Below, piece after piece: positions 11,034 through 19,383 of a DNA stretch of 64,000 nucleotides (the stretch's first letter is position 1; each line of letters starts with the position of its first letter). Below the pieces are notes generated by a model. That model worked only from the letters and a program-made list of their open reading frames with translations. It was not told the DNA's origin and made no database searches. This DNA is from Gammaproteobacteria bacterium (GTDB taxonomy: Bacteria > Pseudomonadota > Gammaproteobacteria > Arenicellales > JAJDZL01): positions 39,714 to 103,713 of the forward strand of contig JAKZRU010000001.1 in NCBI GenBank assembly GCA_047517965.1. The letters run 5' to 3'. The translations under genes and the position numbers were made by a program.

Positions 11034-11332
11034 TTACGATTCAAGGGGCTTGTCGTTGCTTCTTACAATCATGAAGCAGCCGTTAATCTTTCAGTAAATT
11101 CCTAAAAAATTCAGCTTTTACATAAATCTTGCTGCGAATTTGGTTGATTCGTAGTTGTATGAATTCCTCTAGGCGGTCAAGTTGGTTGAATTTCGGTTCT
11201 ACCCAATCTGAGATCAACAATGCTCTGAAGTCAAAAGATTGAGTTCGATTGTCAAGAATCAATCATTTGGCAGCAAATAGAATTTGTTCTACAAGGCGAA
11301 GTGCCGTACGGAGACAGCTGAATTTTAGCCAA

Positions 11333-12913
11333 ATGACAACTTACTCACATCCAACACCAGTATTTCAAGCGAATCGGGTAATAGATCGTGCTCAATGGGC
11401 AGGAAGCGTCTTTTCGAACTACGCTCGTGAAGATGTTCTACGAATTACTAAAGCGGCTGCTGATCTGGGTGAGGCGACTGCTCGAAAGTATGCAGACTGG
11501 GCAGTAGCTGAAACTGGATTTGGCAATGCCGATCACAAGGAAATCAAGAATCGGATGTGCAGTGAGGGGATTTTCAAGTATTACAAGGATCAGAATTTTA
11601 CCAGCCACCGAGTTGACCACCAACGACAGGTAGTCGAAATTCCTCGTCCTGCAGGAGTTGTTTTTGCATTGACTCCTTCTACCAATCCGGTTTGCTCGGT
11701 TTTCTTCAAGGTATTACTCGCCTTGATGACCCGAAATTCGATTGTTATAAGTCCGCACCCAGCAGCGAAAGAGTGCTGCACAGACGCCGCACTAAAACTT
11801 GCCGAGGCTGTTGAGAAGGCGGGTGCACCGGATGGTGTCGTTCAAGTTATTGAGAATCCGACCTTGGAAGTCATCCACGCAGTAATGAGTTCTGAACGAG
11901 TAGATGTGATACTGGCCACAGGCGGTTCTCCAATGGTGCGAGCTGCGTACAGTTCAGGCAATCCTGCACTCGGTGTCGGTCCGGGTAACTGTCCGGCATT
12001 TGTCGATGAATCCGCCGACATCGAACATGCTGCAAAGTGCATTTCGGACAGCAAGGCTTTCGACAACAGTGTTTTGTGTACCAATGAATCTGCCGTAATT
12101 GCCCATAAATCCATCAGCGACGCACTGATTGTGGCATTACAAAAAAATGGATGTTATCTGTGCAGTGATGAGGAGCGTGACCGCTTGGCGGATGTGCTGT
12201 TTCCAGAAGGCGCATTTGATACAGTTGTCATCGGCAAGTCTGCTGAATGGATTGCGGAACGGGCTAGAATTCGAGTTCCAGCCAAAACTAGAGTTCTAAT
12301 AACGCCTCTCGAACGAATTGGTGATGATTATGTATTAAGCCGGGAAAAGCTCTGTCCGGTTTTGGGGTTTTATACGGTTTCCAATCGGGATGCAGCGTTC
12401 AAAGCGTGCAGTGCAATGGTTCGTCGAATGGGAAGCGGGCATTCAGCAGCCATACACTGCAAGGATCAGAAAGTGATTCTTGAATTCGGAGCTCATCTCA
12501 ATGTTCTGAGAACTCCAGTAAATGCGCCGTGCAGTACCGGCGCTTCGGGATTTGATACGAATCTAGCTCCCACGATGACTGTCGGCACCGGATTTTTCGG
12601 CAGAAGCTCAGTAGGAGAGAACGTCGGACCGCAACATCTGGTGCAGTGGTCGAAGGTCGCTTACAGCAAGGATGAAACTGTCGACATGAGAGAGTTCGAC
12701 AACCTCGTATTGCCGACAGTACGACCCTATAGTCGGGGTGATGGGCCGATCGACTACTCATTTTCCAGTGGATTTGAATCTAACGGTTCATCAGGACAGT
12801 CGAGTTCTGAAAGCGTTGATGGAGCTGTTGGGCGAGACTTGCGAGATGAAATTCACCGGATCATCCTTGAAGAGATCAGATCGTTACAACTTGTGAGTGA
12901 GTCACGGCACTAA
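11333..12913 (+). CDS. CoA-acylating aldehyde dehydrogenase (EutE/PduP-like) with C-terminal extension
   Basis: Catalytic-Cys block AFDNSVLCTNESAVIA. Co-oriented and translationally coupled (TAATG) with a BMC shell gene. About 85 aa lie beyond the ALDH core: an S/G-rich linker and then an amphipathic helix. The ATG at 11333 (MTTYSHPTP) is preferred over the TTG at 11249. Confidence 0.85.
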   Translation: MTTYSHPTPVFQANRVIDRAQWAGSVFSNYAREDVLRITKAAADLGEATARKYADWAVAETGFGNADHKEIKNRMCSEGIFKYYKDQNFTSHRVDHQRQVVEIPRPAGVVFALTPSTNPVCSVFFKVLLALMTRNSIVISPHPAAKECCTDAALKLAEAVEKAGAPDGVVQVIENPTLEVIHAVMSSERVDVILATGGSPMVRAAYSSGNPALGVGPGNCPAFVDESADIEHAAKCISDSKAFDNSVLCTNESAVIAHKSISDALIVALQKNGCYLCSDEERDRLADVLFPEGAFDTVVIGKSAEWIAERARIRVPAKTRVLITPLERIGDDYVLSREKLCPVLGFYTVSNRDAAFKACSAMVRRMGSGHSAAIHCKDQKVILEFGAHLNVLRTPVNAPCSTGASGFDTNLAPTMTVGTGFFGRSSVGENVGPQHLVQWSKVAYSKDETVDMREFDNLVLPTVRPYSRGDGPIDYSFSSGFESNGSSGQSSSESVDGAVGRDLRDEIHRIILEEIRSLQLVSESRH

Positions 12914-13518
12914 TGGCTGACATTCGTTCCTACATTTTCATAGATCAACTTCAGCCGAAAACCATGTGCTATCTAGGAAGTTGGATTCGTGGATATTTGC
13001 CGAAAACCAACATGGCGGCAATGGTAATAGAAGTCGTTCCAGGGCTGCACATTGAAGGAATTACGGATATCGCATTGAAGAGTGTCAATGTAAAGCCTGG
13101 AATTTTGGTTGTAGAACGTCAATTCGGCTATCTGGAATTCCATTCGCATTCAACTGCCGATGTTGTCGCAGGCGGAGAGGCGGTAATGGAGGCTCTCAAT
13201 GCAAATGCTAGTGATGCCATGCCGCCTGAAATTCTTGCGTCAACCATCGTAAAGCGAGTCGATGATTACCATGCATTCTTGATCAATCGAAACAAGCTTG
13301 GTTCTATGGTACTGCCTGGCGAATCGCTTTTCGTCCTTGAGATGCAACCAGCCTCATACAGCATATTGGCCACGAATGAAGCGGAGAAGGCAGCGGATGT
13401 CAAGGTCGTTGACTATCGAATGATCGGTGCCACAGGTCGGGTCTATCTGAGTGGTTCGGAGAGCGATGTACGTTGTGCAGCTCGGGCAGCGGAAGAAGCA
13501 TTGGAAGCAAGGATGTAG
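12913..13518 (+). CDS. BMC shell protein, tandem BMC domains (BMC-T-like), paralog 1
   Basis: 201 aa with two BMC-like halves (MVIEVVPGLHIEGITDIALKSVNVKPGILVVERQFGYLEFHS; FVLEMQPASYSILATNEAEKAADVKVVDYRMIGATGRVYLSG). Clear paralog of 14729..15358. Confidence 0.75.
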   Translation: MADIRSYIFIDQLQPKTMCYLGSWIRGYLPKTNMAAMVIEVVPGLHIEGITDIALKSVNVKPGILVVERQFGYLEFHSHSTADVVAGGEAVMEALNANASDAMPPEILASTIVKRVDDYHAFLINRNKLGSMVLPGESLFVLEMQPASYSILATNEAEKAADVKVVDYRMIGATGRVYLSGSESDVRCAARAAEEALEARM

Positions 13519-13525
13519 AGAACAA

Positions 13526-14056
13526 ATGAGCGGCAATACTTTTTCCAGTGACCAGATTCGCGCGGTCGTGCGAGAGGCTCTACTTGAAGCGCTTCCAGGC
13601 GCAACGAATGGCGGCCGCCCCCAAAAGCAAATGCCGGATTGCCCGCTGATGAAGCAAATTCTCGAAACCATTGCGACAAACTGTAATTCAGCCATAGTCG
13701 TGGATGTGGCAACGGACCGAAAATTTAACGAATTTTTAAAGAATTTAGCCAAATGCCTTCAAGACCAGGATGTCGAAGCACTGATTCTTTCCAATCGACT
13801 GAAATTCGCACTAAAGAATTTCGAAAGGCAAAGAAGTCAAAATCTTCATGTAAGCTCGCACAAGAGCAGTCATCAGAGTCAAAATACCAATGATGGGCAG
13901 AGCAATGGGCGCTTGGACTCTGGAGTGCTGACGGAATCGAAAGTATTGGCGCTGGCAAAAACGAATCAGTGTATTGAAATAGGGAGTAAAGTCGTTTTGA
14001 CTCCGCTAGCCAAAGATCGAGCGCGCAAAATCGGACTAAAAATAGTGAGGCAGTAG
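13526..14056 (+). CDS. BMC-associated protein of unknown function (putative encapsulated or scaffold protein)
   Basis: Internal ATG at 13526 of track ORF 13451..14056 avoids overlap with the shell gene. It has an N-terminal amphipathic helix (DQIRAVVREALLEAL), a P/G linker, an S/Q/N-rich stretch, and the C-terminal motif KVVLTPLAKDRARKIGLKIV. It sits between shell genes with 7- and 6-nt spacers. Confidence 0.6.
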   Translation: MSGNTFSSDQIRAVVREALLEALPGATNGGRPQKQMPDCPLMKQILETIATNCNSAIVVDVATDRKFNEFLKNLAKCLQDQDVEALILSNRLKFALKNFERQRSQNLHVSSHKSSHQSQNTNDGQSNGRLDSGVLTESKVLALAKTNQCIEIGSKVVLTPLAKDRARKIGLKIVRQ

Positions 14057-14062
14057 ATAGTC

Positions 14063-14329
14063 ATGAAAGTTGGAACTGTAATCGGAAAAATATGGGCGAC
14101 TCGCAAATTGAACGAGTTGCCGAACGGAGCGCTGTTGGAGATTGATCTGATTGACAACAGTGAGAATCCAGAAAGAATTCTGGCCTTTGACCCACTTGGA
14201 GCAGGTTCGGGAGAACGTGTTCTCGTTACTCAAGGTTCTGTAGCGAAGGGGTGGTTCAAGTCTGGAAACGCCGTTATTGATGCCTTGGTTATCGGAATTG
14301 TTGACGATACCTCAGACAACGGCAACTAA
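14063..14329 (+). CDS. BMC vertex protein (BMC-P, EutN/CcmL family)
   Basis: 88 aa. MKVGTVIGKIWATRK...GERVLVTQGSVA...DALVIGIVDD is the typical EutN/CcmL pattern. Confidence 0.9.
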   Translation: MKVGTVIGKIWATRKLNELPNGALLEIDLIDNSENPERILAFDPLGAGSGERVLVTQGSVAKGWFKSGNAVIDALVIGIVDDTSDNGN

Positions 14330-14362
14330 TTTAACTGTCAAATTAATTTTCAGGAGAAAATC

Positions 14363-14644
14363 ATGTCAAATGCAATTGGATTTATTGAAACTCGGGGCTA
14401 CGTTGCCGCGTTCACTGCCGCAGATGCTATGGTGAAAGCTGCCAATGTTGAAATTATTACTCGTGAGCAGGTTGGTGCTGGACTAGTATCGGTGCTGGTG
14501 AGAGGCGATGTTGGTGCTGTGAAAGCGGCAACTGAAGCTGGATCTGAAGCTGCCGCTTCGGTGGGGGAAGTGATTTCCGTACACGTAATTCCTCGTCCGC
14601 ATGCGGATGTCGTTAAAAAATTTGATGTAGCTGCAGATAAGTAG
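14363..14644 (+). CDS. BMC hexamer shell protein (BMC-H, PduA/EutM-like)
   Basis: 93 aa. [29 protein letters not shown]...[23 protein letters not shown] is a canonical single BMC domain. AGGAGA RBS. Confidence 0.95.
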   Translation: MSNAIGFIETRGYVAAFTAADAMVKAANVEIITREQVGAGLVSVLVRGDVGAVKAATEAGSEAAASVGEVISVHVIPRPHADVVKKFDVAADK

Positions 14645-14728
14645 AAATTTTCACAGTTTTAGACTTTCTGTTGATGTGTAAACTGATTTGCCACAATGCT
14701 AGACTGCTACAGTTGAAGGTAATCGACT

Positions 14729-15358
14729 ATGGCTGATTTGCGAGTCTATCTGCAGATTGAGAGTCTTCAGACGCAATTTGCTGCCTATATGGCAACTGCA
14801 TTGCGGGCGAGAGGCTATGTACCTTTTCAAGGTATGCATTCGCTCATAATTGAAATATCGCCTGCGCTTGCCATACACAGAGTCATTGATCTTGCATTGA
14901 AGTCTGTGCCTGGAATTGAACCGGGGATTCTGTATGTAGAACGTCAGTTCGGCATTCTGGAATTACACAGCACAAAAATGGAAGATCTGGAAGAGGCTGG
15001 CAATGCGATTCTTGACGGGTTTAGCCTTAAGGCGGAAGATCGCCTGAAACCGCGAATTCTGTATTCAGATTTAGTAGCGGAGGTTGTTGACCAGCACTCG
15101 GTGATTATCAATCGCCAGAGAGACGCGTCTATGATTCTGCCCGGCGAGTCGCTCTTACTGCTAGAGACTACACCGGCACTGTTCGCAGCAGCAGCAGCGA
15201 ATGAAGCAGAAAAAGCCGTTCCGGAAAATGTTCTGGTTGACTGTCAAATGTTCGGCGTTTCAGGAAGGGTCTTTATTTCGGGCGATGAGAAAAATACCCA
15301 AAAGGCACTGAGTCACGTACTTGAGGTGATAGAGAACATTCCCGGTCGAGAGCACTAG
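14729..15358 (+). CDS. BMC shell protein, tandem BMC domains (BMC-T-like), paralog 2
   Basis: 209 aa. It shares MAD(I/L)R.Y..I..LQ, VERQFG.LE.HS, (V/I)LPGESL..LE..PA and NEAEKA blocks with 12913..13518. Confidence 0.75.
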   Translation: MADLRVYLQIESLQTQFAAYMATALRARGYVPFQGMHSLIIEISPALAIHRVIDLALKSVPGIEPGILYVERQFGILELHSTKMEDLEEAGNAILDGFSLKAEDRLKPRILYSDLVAEVVDQHSVIINRQRDASMILPGESLLLLETTPALFAAAAANEAEKAVPENVLVDCQMFGVSGRVFISGDEKNTQKALSHVLEVIENIPGREH

Positions 15359-15436
15359 TGGGGCTGAATTCTTTCAAAAGTATTTCTAATGTCGCGAATG
15401 CGATTGCATTCCCGGCATTGAGGGTTGCGGAATCAA

Positions 15437-15898
15437 CTACTTTTTAAGTACTTCAGGCCAATTCGCATCGGCCCGCTCAATGTTTCCAGGGATGTCTTTG
15501 CTCCACGTCTTACGTACGCTTCGACTGAAGTTCAGATAGAGTCGATCATCCACGATAGACCATGCATCAGGGTCAGTCTTAGCAGTGTAGTTGTTGGATA
15601 CTGCCCATGCACAATATCCCCCATAGCGTGGCGCCCATCTTTCTGGGTCGGATTCGAATAGGTCGCGGTTTTCATTACTCGCGAAACGCCAATTGGCTCC
15701 GTTCCATTGCACGGTATAGCTGCTATCACCTTTGACGGGTTTCTGTTCCTTGTGATAAGCGAGAGCATCATACCCGTTGATTGCGAACTCTCCTGTGCCA
15801 GTAAATACGGGCGGTTCTGCAGCGAAGGCTTGAGTGGCGATCATCAGCAAACCTATTACAATCAGAACGGGTTGTGAAATTCTGGTAAAAATGTTCAT
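15437..15898 (-). CDS. Secreted YHS-domain protein
   Basis: 153 aa. Signal peptide MNIFTRISQPVLIVIGLLMIATQAFA. Core INGYDALAYH...WNGANWRFASNENRDLFESDPERWAPRYGGYCAWAV. Confidence 0.75.
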   Translation of the reverse strand: MNIFTRISQPVLIVIGLLMIATQAFAAEPPVFTGTGEFAINGYDALAYHKEQKPVKGDSSYTVQWNGANWRFASNENRDLFESDPERWAPRYGGYCAWAVSNNYTAKTDPDAWSIVDDRLYLNFSRSVRKTWSKDIPGNIERADANWPEVLKK

Positions 15899-16231
15899 AT
15901 AGCTCTCCTGTCGTATCTATCGCATTACGCTGGATTTGCAATTTCCTGAGTCAATTTACACATTTTAGCGGAAATCAGAATTCGCTTTCATTCAGAAAAT
16001 CAGTTTGGAATTTACCGATTTTTTCTAGAATGAATTATGGAATTTAGGCACAAGACAGTCTGAAATAGAACTGTCCGTCCGCTCAGGTTGTTGGCTTATG
16101 AGCTGCGCGTGTCTGGACTCCGAATTTGGGCAGTCCAAACCTCAAAAACCTACCACGCGGCGATTGGCGCACAACTTTCATACCGGTTTTGCTACGGCCG
16201 GTGGGGTTTGTTTAGATTTAGTGTGCTTGGC

Positions 16232-16768
16232 CTATTTTGAAAGGACACCAGGCCAGTTCCCGTCTGCACTCTCTATATAGCCCGGTATGTCTTTAGTCCA
16301 CTTTTTTCTTACTCTCAGACTATAGTTCAGGTAGAGTCGGTCTTCGTAAACCGTCCAAGCTCTTGGATCAGTCGGCGCTAACGCATCATTGGCTGCCGCA
16401 TATGCGCAGTACCCACCATAGCGAGGTGCCCATCGTTCAGGATCCGATATAAAGAGATCGCGGTTTTCAGCAGAAGCAAAATGCCAGACAGCGCCTTTCC
16501 ACTCAGTCGAAAATTCGCTGCTGCCCTTTACAGGACGTTGTTCCAGGTGATAGGAGACGGGGTCATAAGCTCTGATAGCAATGTCTACTTTACCAGTAAA
16601 AACATAGTCTTTCTCATCAGCTATCGCATTGGAGGCAATAATCAGAAAGCTTAAAAAAACAGTTGTAAGAGTCGAAACTCGGAAAAAAGCAGACAATGTA
16701 ATAACTCCATTAAATTTTATAGGTCGGCTATGAATGCTGTAGACAAAGTCTAGACGCTTTAGTTTCAT
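16232..16768 (-). CDS. Secreted YHS-domain protein (paralog)
   Basis: Same core as the neighbour (IRAYDPVSYH...WKGAVWHFASAENRDLFISDPERWAPRYGGYCAYAA). The ATG at 16768 (MKLKRLDF...) is preferred over the TTG at 16831. Hydrophobic signal or anchor LTTVFLSFLIIASNAIA. Confidence 0.7.
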   Translation of the reverse strand: MKLKRLDFVYSIHSRPIKFNGVITLSAFFRVSTLTTVFLSFLIIASNAIADEKDYVFTGKVDIAIRAYDPVSYHLEQRPVKGSSEFSTEWKGAVWHFASAENRDLFISDPERWAPRYGGYCAYAAANDALAPTDPRAWTVYEDRLYLNYSLRVRKKWTKDIPGYIESADGNWPGVLSK

Positions 16769-16827
16769 ATTCTGTTCTCGACAGTTGCAAATATTTAGAT
16801 TTAGGGCAAATTTTTTTTCGGATCTGA

Positions 16828-17841
16828 TCAATCGCTGAATTTCGACAGATAGGCCTCACACAATCCAACGGTTTCGGCGGTGTACGGCAAGCCCATAGAT
16901 TGGGCTAGTTTCGTTTCGGAGTGCGATCCAATCCATGCAACCAGAAGCAGACGACGAAGCATGACGAATGTAGGGATTTCATGCTCGTCTTCCTCCAGCA
17001 AGTCCATGACTGAGCGATAACCTCGCACCCATGCCTGAATCAGATCAGGTACATCCTCTCTTGCCTCAAAAAAGCTGAGTGCAGTAGCACAGTCATACAT
17101 GAACCAGCTGAATCCACAGTCATCGAAATCTATTACTTTAGTTACATCTCCTTCAATCAGCAGATTGGCGAGTCGAATGTCGCAGTGAACGAGCCCCCAT
17201 CTACGCGAGCGTTGCCCGAAATCCCGCAACCTAGACTTGATTAGTTCTGCAGTCTTGCCGAACAGTTGTTCTCTTTCGAGATTCATTCCCATACCGTCCT
17301 GCCATCTCCCCCAGTGAGGCTTGCTGCCAAGACTTGTTTCAAAATCCCATGTATAGCGTTCAAACCAGGAAGGTCGTTGCCAGGTCATTGAGTGCTGATG
17401 CATTTGTGCGGAAACTTTCCCAAGCAGCTCAAATGGGTCAAGTAAATTTTCTTCGGGGGGCTCTACGCCCGATTCCCAATCGAACATGACAACGTGTCGA
17501 GCGCCACCCGGCATTCCTTTCACATGTATCCACTGAATGTTCTGATCATCTCTTCCAGGCACGATTGTTGGTGTGATTACCCCAGCATCTTCACGCAAGG
17601 CATCTGTCCATGCATGCTCCGAAGCGATCGCTGTTTTAGAGTGATACCCTTCTCGGTGTACTCGTAGAGCCCACTTCTTACCACTGACAGGATCTTCTAC
17701 ACGATAGGTTGCATTTTCCGAAATATTGATGAGTTCAACCCCAACATCAGACGGCAAGTCATAAAACGGAATAGCGTTCTGTGCGACTTGTCGTAGCAAG
17801 GTAAGTTGTTGTTCATGGGGCAATTCATCAAATTTTTGCAT
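16828..17841 (-). CDS. APH-fold phosphotransferase (putative amino-alcohol kinase)
   Basis: 337 aa. Catalytic loop LVHCDIRLANLL and metal-binding VIDFDDCG match the aminoglycoside/choline-ethanolamine kinase fold. It lies directly downstream of the class-III PLP enzyme. Confidence 0.8.
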   Translation of the reverse strand: MQKFDELPHEQQLTLLRQVAQNAIPFYDLPSDVGVELINISENATYRVEDPVSGKKWALRVHREGYHSKTAIASEHAWTDALREDAGVITPTIVPGRDDQNIQWIHVKGMPGGARHVVMFDWESGVEPPEENLLDPFELLGKVSAQMHQHSMTWQRPSWFERYTWDFETSLGSKPHWGRWQDGMGMNLEREQLFGKTAELIKSRLRDFGQRSRRWGLVHCDIRLANLLIEGDVTKVIDFDDCGFSWFMYDCATALSFFEAREDVPDLIQAWVRGYRSVMDLLEEDEHEIPTFVMLRRLLLVAWIGSHSETKLAQSMGLPYTAETVGLCEAYLSKFSD

Positions 17842-17860
17842 TTCTCTCTCCTGTTCGCTG

Positions 17861-19177
17861 TTATGCAGCGTTAGCCATCTCCCGTTTCACTTGTTGGTTT
17901 GAGTCTGCGGATTTTCTTGCAGAAATTCCCTGAAAGGCAGATGCCCGCGCTTGTCCCAAAGCGGTATCGAGTCGGTTCAAAATATCGTCGCAGAGCTCCT
18001 TGTCAACTAGAATTCCCGGCTTGAATTGCAACACCTTGGGGTCCAGGGAAGAGAATATAGCCCACACACCGTTGTGGAACAATGCTTTCATAACATGAAT
18101 CGCACCTTCCGGATGACTGAATTCCAACCCAATTACAACACCTCTCTGGCGAATTCCGACAAAAAAGTCTGAGTAAGTATTCCGAAGCTGCTCTAGTCCG
18201 TTGCGTATGTATCGTGCAATGTAGTGCACCATGGAACGCACTTCAGGCCGATTGGAAATCTCAAGCACCTTGGCTGCTGCAATACAGCCAAGCTCAGCAC
18301 CGCCAAATGTAGACATGTGTCCCCAACCGTCTTCTTTCAACCACGCTCCGGCTCGCTCACTGACTACGACTGCACCAATCGGATAGATTCCACCTGATAG
18401 TCCTTTTCCGGTTACCAAAATATCGGGTATGACTCCATAAGTGTCAATCCCCCAAATTTCGCCGCATCGCATTAAGCCGGTCTGTACTTCATCAGCGATG
18501 AATAGTGTGTCGACTCTTTCACAGGCCGCCTTTATTGCACTCAGGTACCCCTGTTTTGGCATGGGGAACCCATAAGTTGCAGGAATAGTCTCTATGATTA
18601 CGCAAGCGGCGTCGCCCACTCGAATTTCGCGCTCAATCGCCTCAAGATCGTTGAACGGAACTTTGACGACCTCCTGCTTCGATGCATCACTTAGAAACAG
18701 TTTGGAATATCGATCATCACCGACTTGCACTGCGAGTCCGGTATGACCGTGGTAGCAATGATCAATGCAGATTATTTTACGTCTTTGGGTGGCATGGCGT
18801 GCACACTTCAGTGCTATGTCGATTGCTTCGCCGCCGCCTGATGCGTAGATTGTATACTGCAATCCTTCCGGAGTACACTCAGCCAGCATCTGCGCGACAT
18901 TTGTTCGCATTAACGAAGGAAAGTGGTGGTTGCCGATGTCGAAATATTTCATTCCCTCCTTTACTGCCGCCACGACTTCGGGGTTGCGATGTCCGAGATT
19001 GTATGTGCCTCCGTTCAGGTGAACATCAATCAGACGTTTTCCATCCATATCATACAGATAGTAGTCTTCCCGCCGATCGATCACCAGGTCTACTCCGAAA
19101 TTTTGCCAGTCGGTAGTTTTGCCTGGATTCCAGTATTCTTTAGTGCGGTCCAAAAATTCTTGCTTTGTTTCTTTCAT
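17861..19177 (-). CDS. Class-III aminotransferase-fold PLP enzyme (putative amino-alcohol O-phosphate phospho-lyase)
   Basis: 438 aa. ASGGGEAID, FIADEVQTGLMRCG and the PLP-lysine block VTGKGLSGG indicate the class-III fold. The lyase assignment is inferred only from context (kinase + AldDH + BMC). Confidence 0.8.
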   Translation of the reverse strand: MKETKQEFLDRTKEYWNPGKTTDWQNFGVDLVIDRREDYYLYDMDGKRLIDVHLNGGTYNLGHRNPEVVAAVKEGMKYFDIGNHHFPSLMRTNVAQMLAECTPEGLQYTIYASGGGEAIDIALKCARHATQRRKIICIDHCYHGHTGLAVQVGDDRYSKLFLSDASKQEVVKVPFNDLEAIEREIRVGDAACVIIETIPATYGFPMPKQGYLSAIKAACERVDTLFIADEVQTGLMRCGEIWGIDTYGVIPDILVTGKGLSGGIYPIGAVVVSERAGAWLKEDGWGHMSTFGGAELGCIAAAKVLEISNRPEVRSMVHYIARYIRNGLEQLRNTYSDFFVGIRQRGVVIGLEFSHPEGAIHVMKALFHNGVWAIFSSLDPKVLQFKPGILVDKELCDDILNRLDTALGQARASAFQGISARKSADSNQQVKREMANAA

Positions 19178-19255
19178 GTAATTCTCCTTTGCCCCAATAC
19201 GGACAGGGATTTAGTTTCTTACACGCTCAATTTATTTGAGTAAAACAAAAAAAAC

Positions 19256-19284
19256 TTGACAGTTGATATCGAATTGTTGATAAC
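19256..19284 (+). promoter_or_regulatory. Candidate sigma70-type promoter for the SDR gene, with GTTGATA/TTGTTGA repeats
   Basis: TTGACA (19256-19261), 17-nt spacer, GATAAC (19279-19284), about 100 nt upstream of the ATG at 19384. GTTGATA occurs twice and TTGTTG(A/C) three times between 19262 and 19318. Confidence 0.3.
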
Positions 19285-19383
19285 GCACCGAAAATGCGAA
19301 ATTGTTGCATTGTTGATTCAGAAATCAGTACATTATCCGAACCTATTTAAACATCAATCGAACTAAAACGAGGTAAATGAGCC

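Noticed and set aside
11262-11285. Possible sigma-54 promoter (TGGCAGCAAATAGAATTTG) upstream of the aldehyde dehydrogenase
   Set aside because: The GG-N10-GC spacing of the -24/-12 elements is not met.
13354-13752. Minus-strand ORFs (132 aa and 89 aa) overlapping the BMC shell operon, plus the 5' extension (13451-13525) of the unknown-protein ORF
   Set aside because: They are antisense to, or overlap, well-supported plus-strand genes. The internal ATG at 13526 gives a clean 7-nt spacer after the shell gene.
16769-16831. N-terminal extensions from rare-codon track starts (TTG 16831 for YHS-2; TTG 53677 for tdm; TTG 11249 for AldDH) and from far-upstream in-frame starts (5953 for AraC; 62065 for MFS; 35468 for the thioredoxin; 40847 for mgsC; 39083 for mgsA; 32058 for soxZ)
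   Set aside because: The extensions overlap upstream genes or add residues before clear signal peptides or Ntn-Cys starts. Internal ATGs with better spacing or an RBS were chosen instead.
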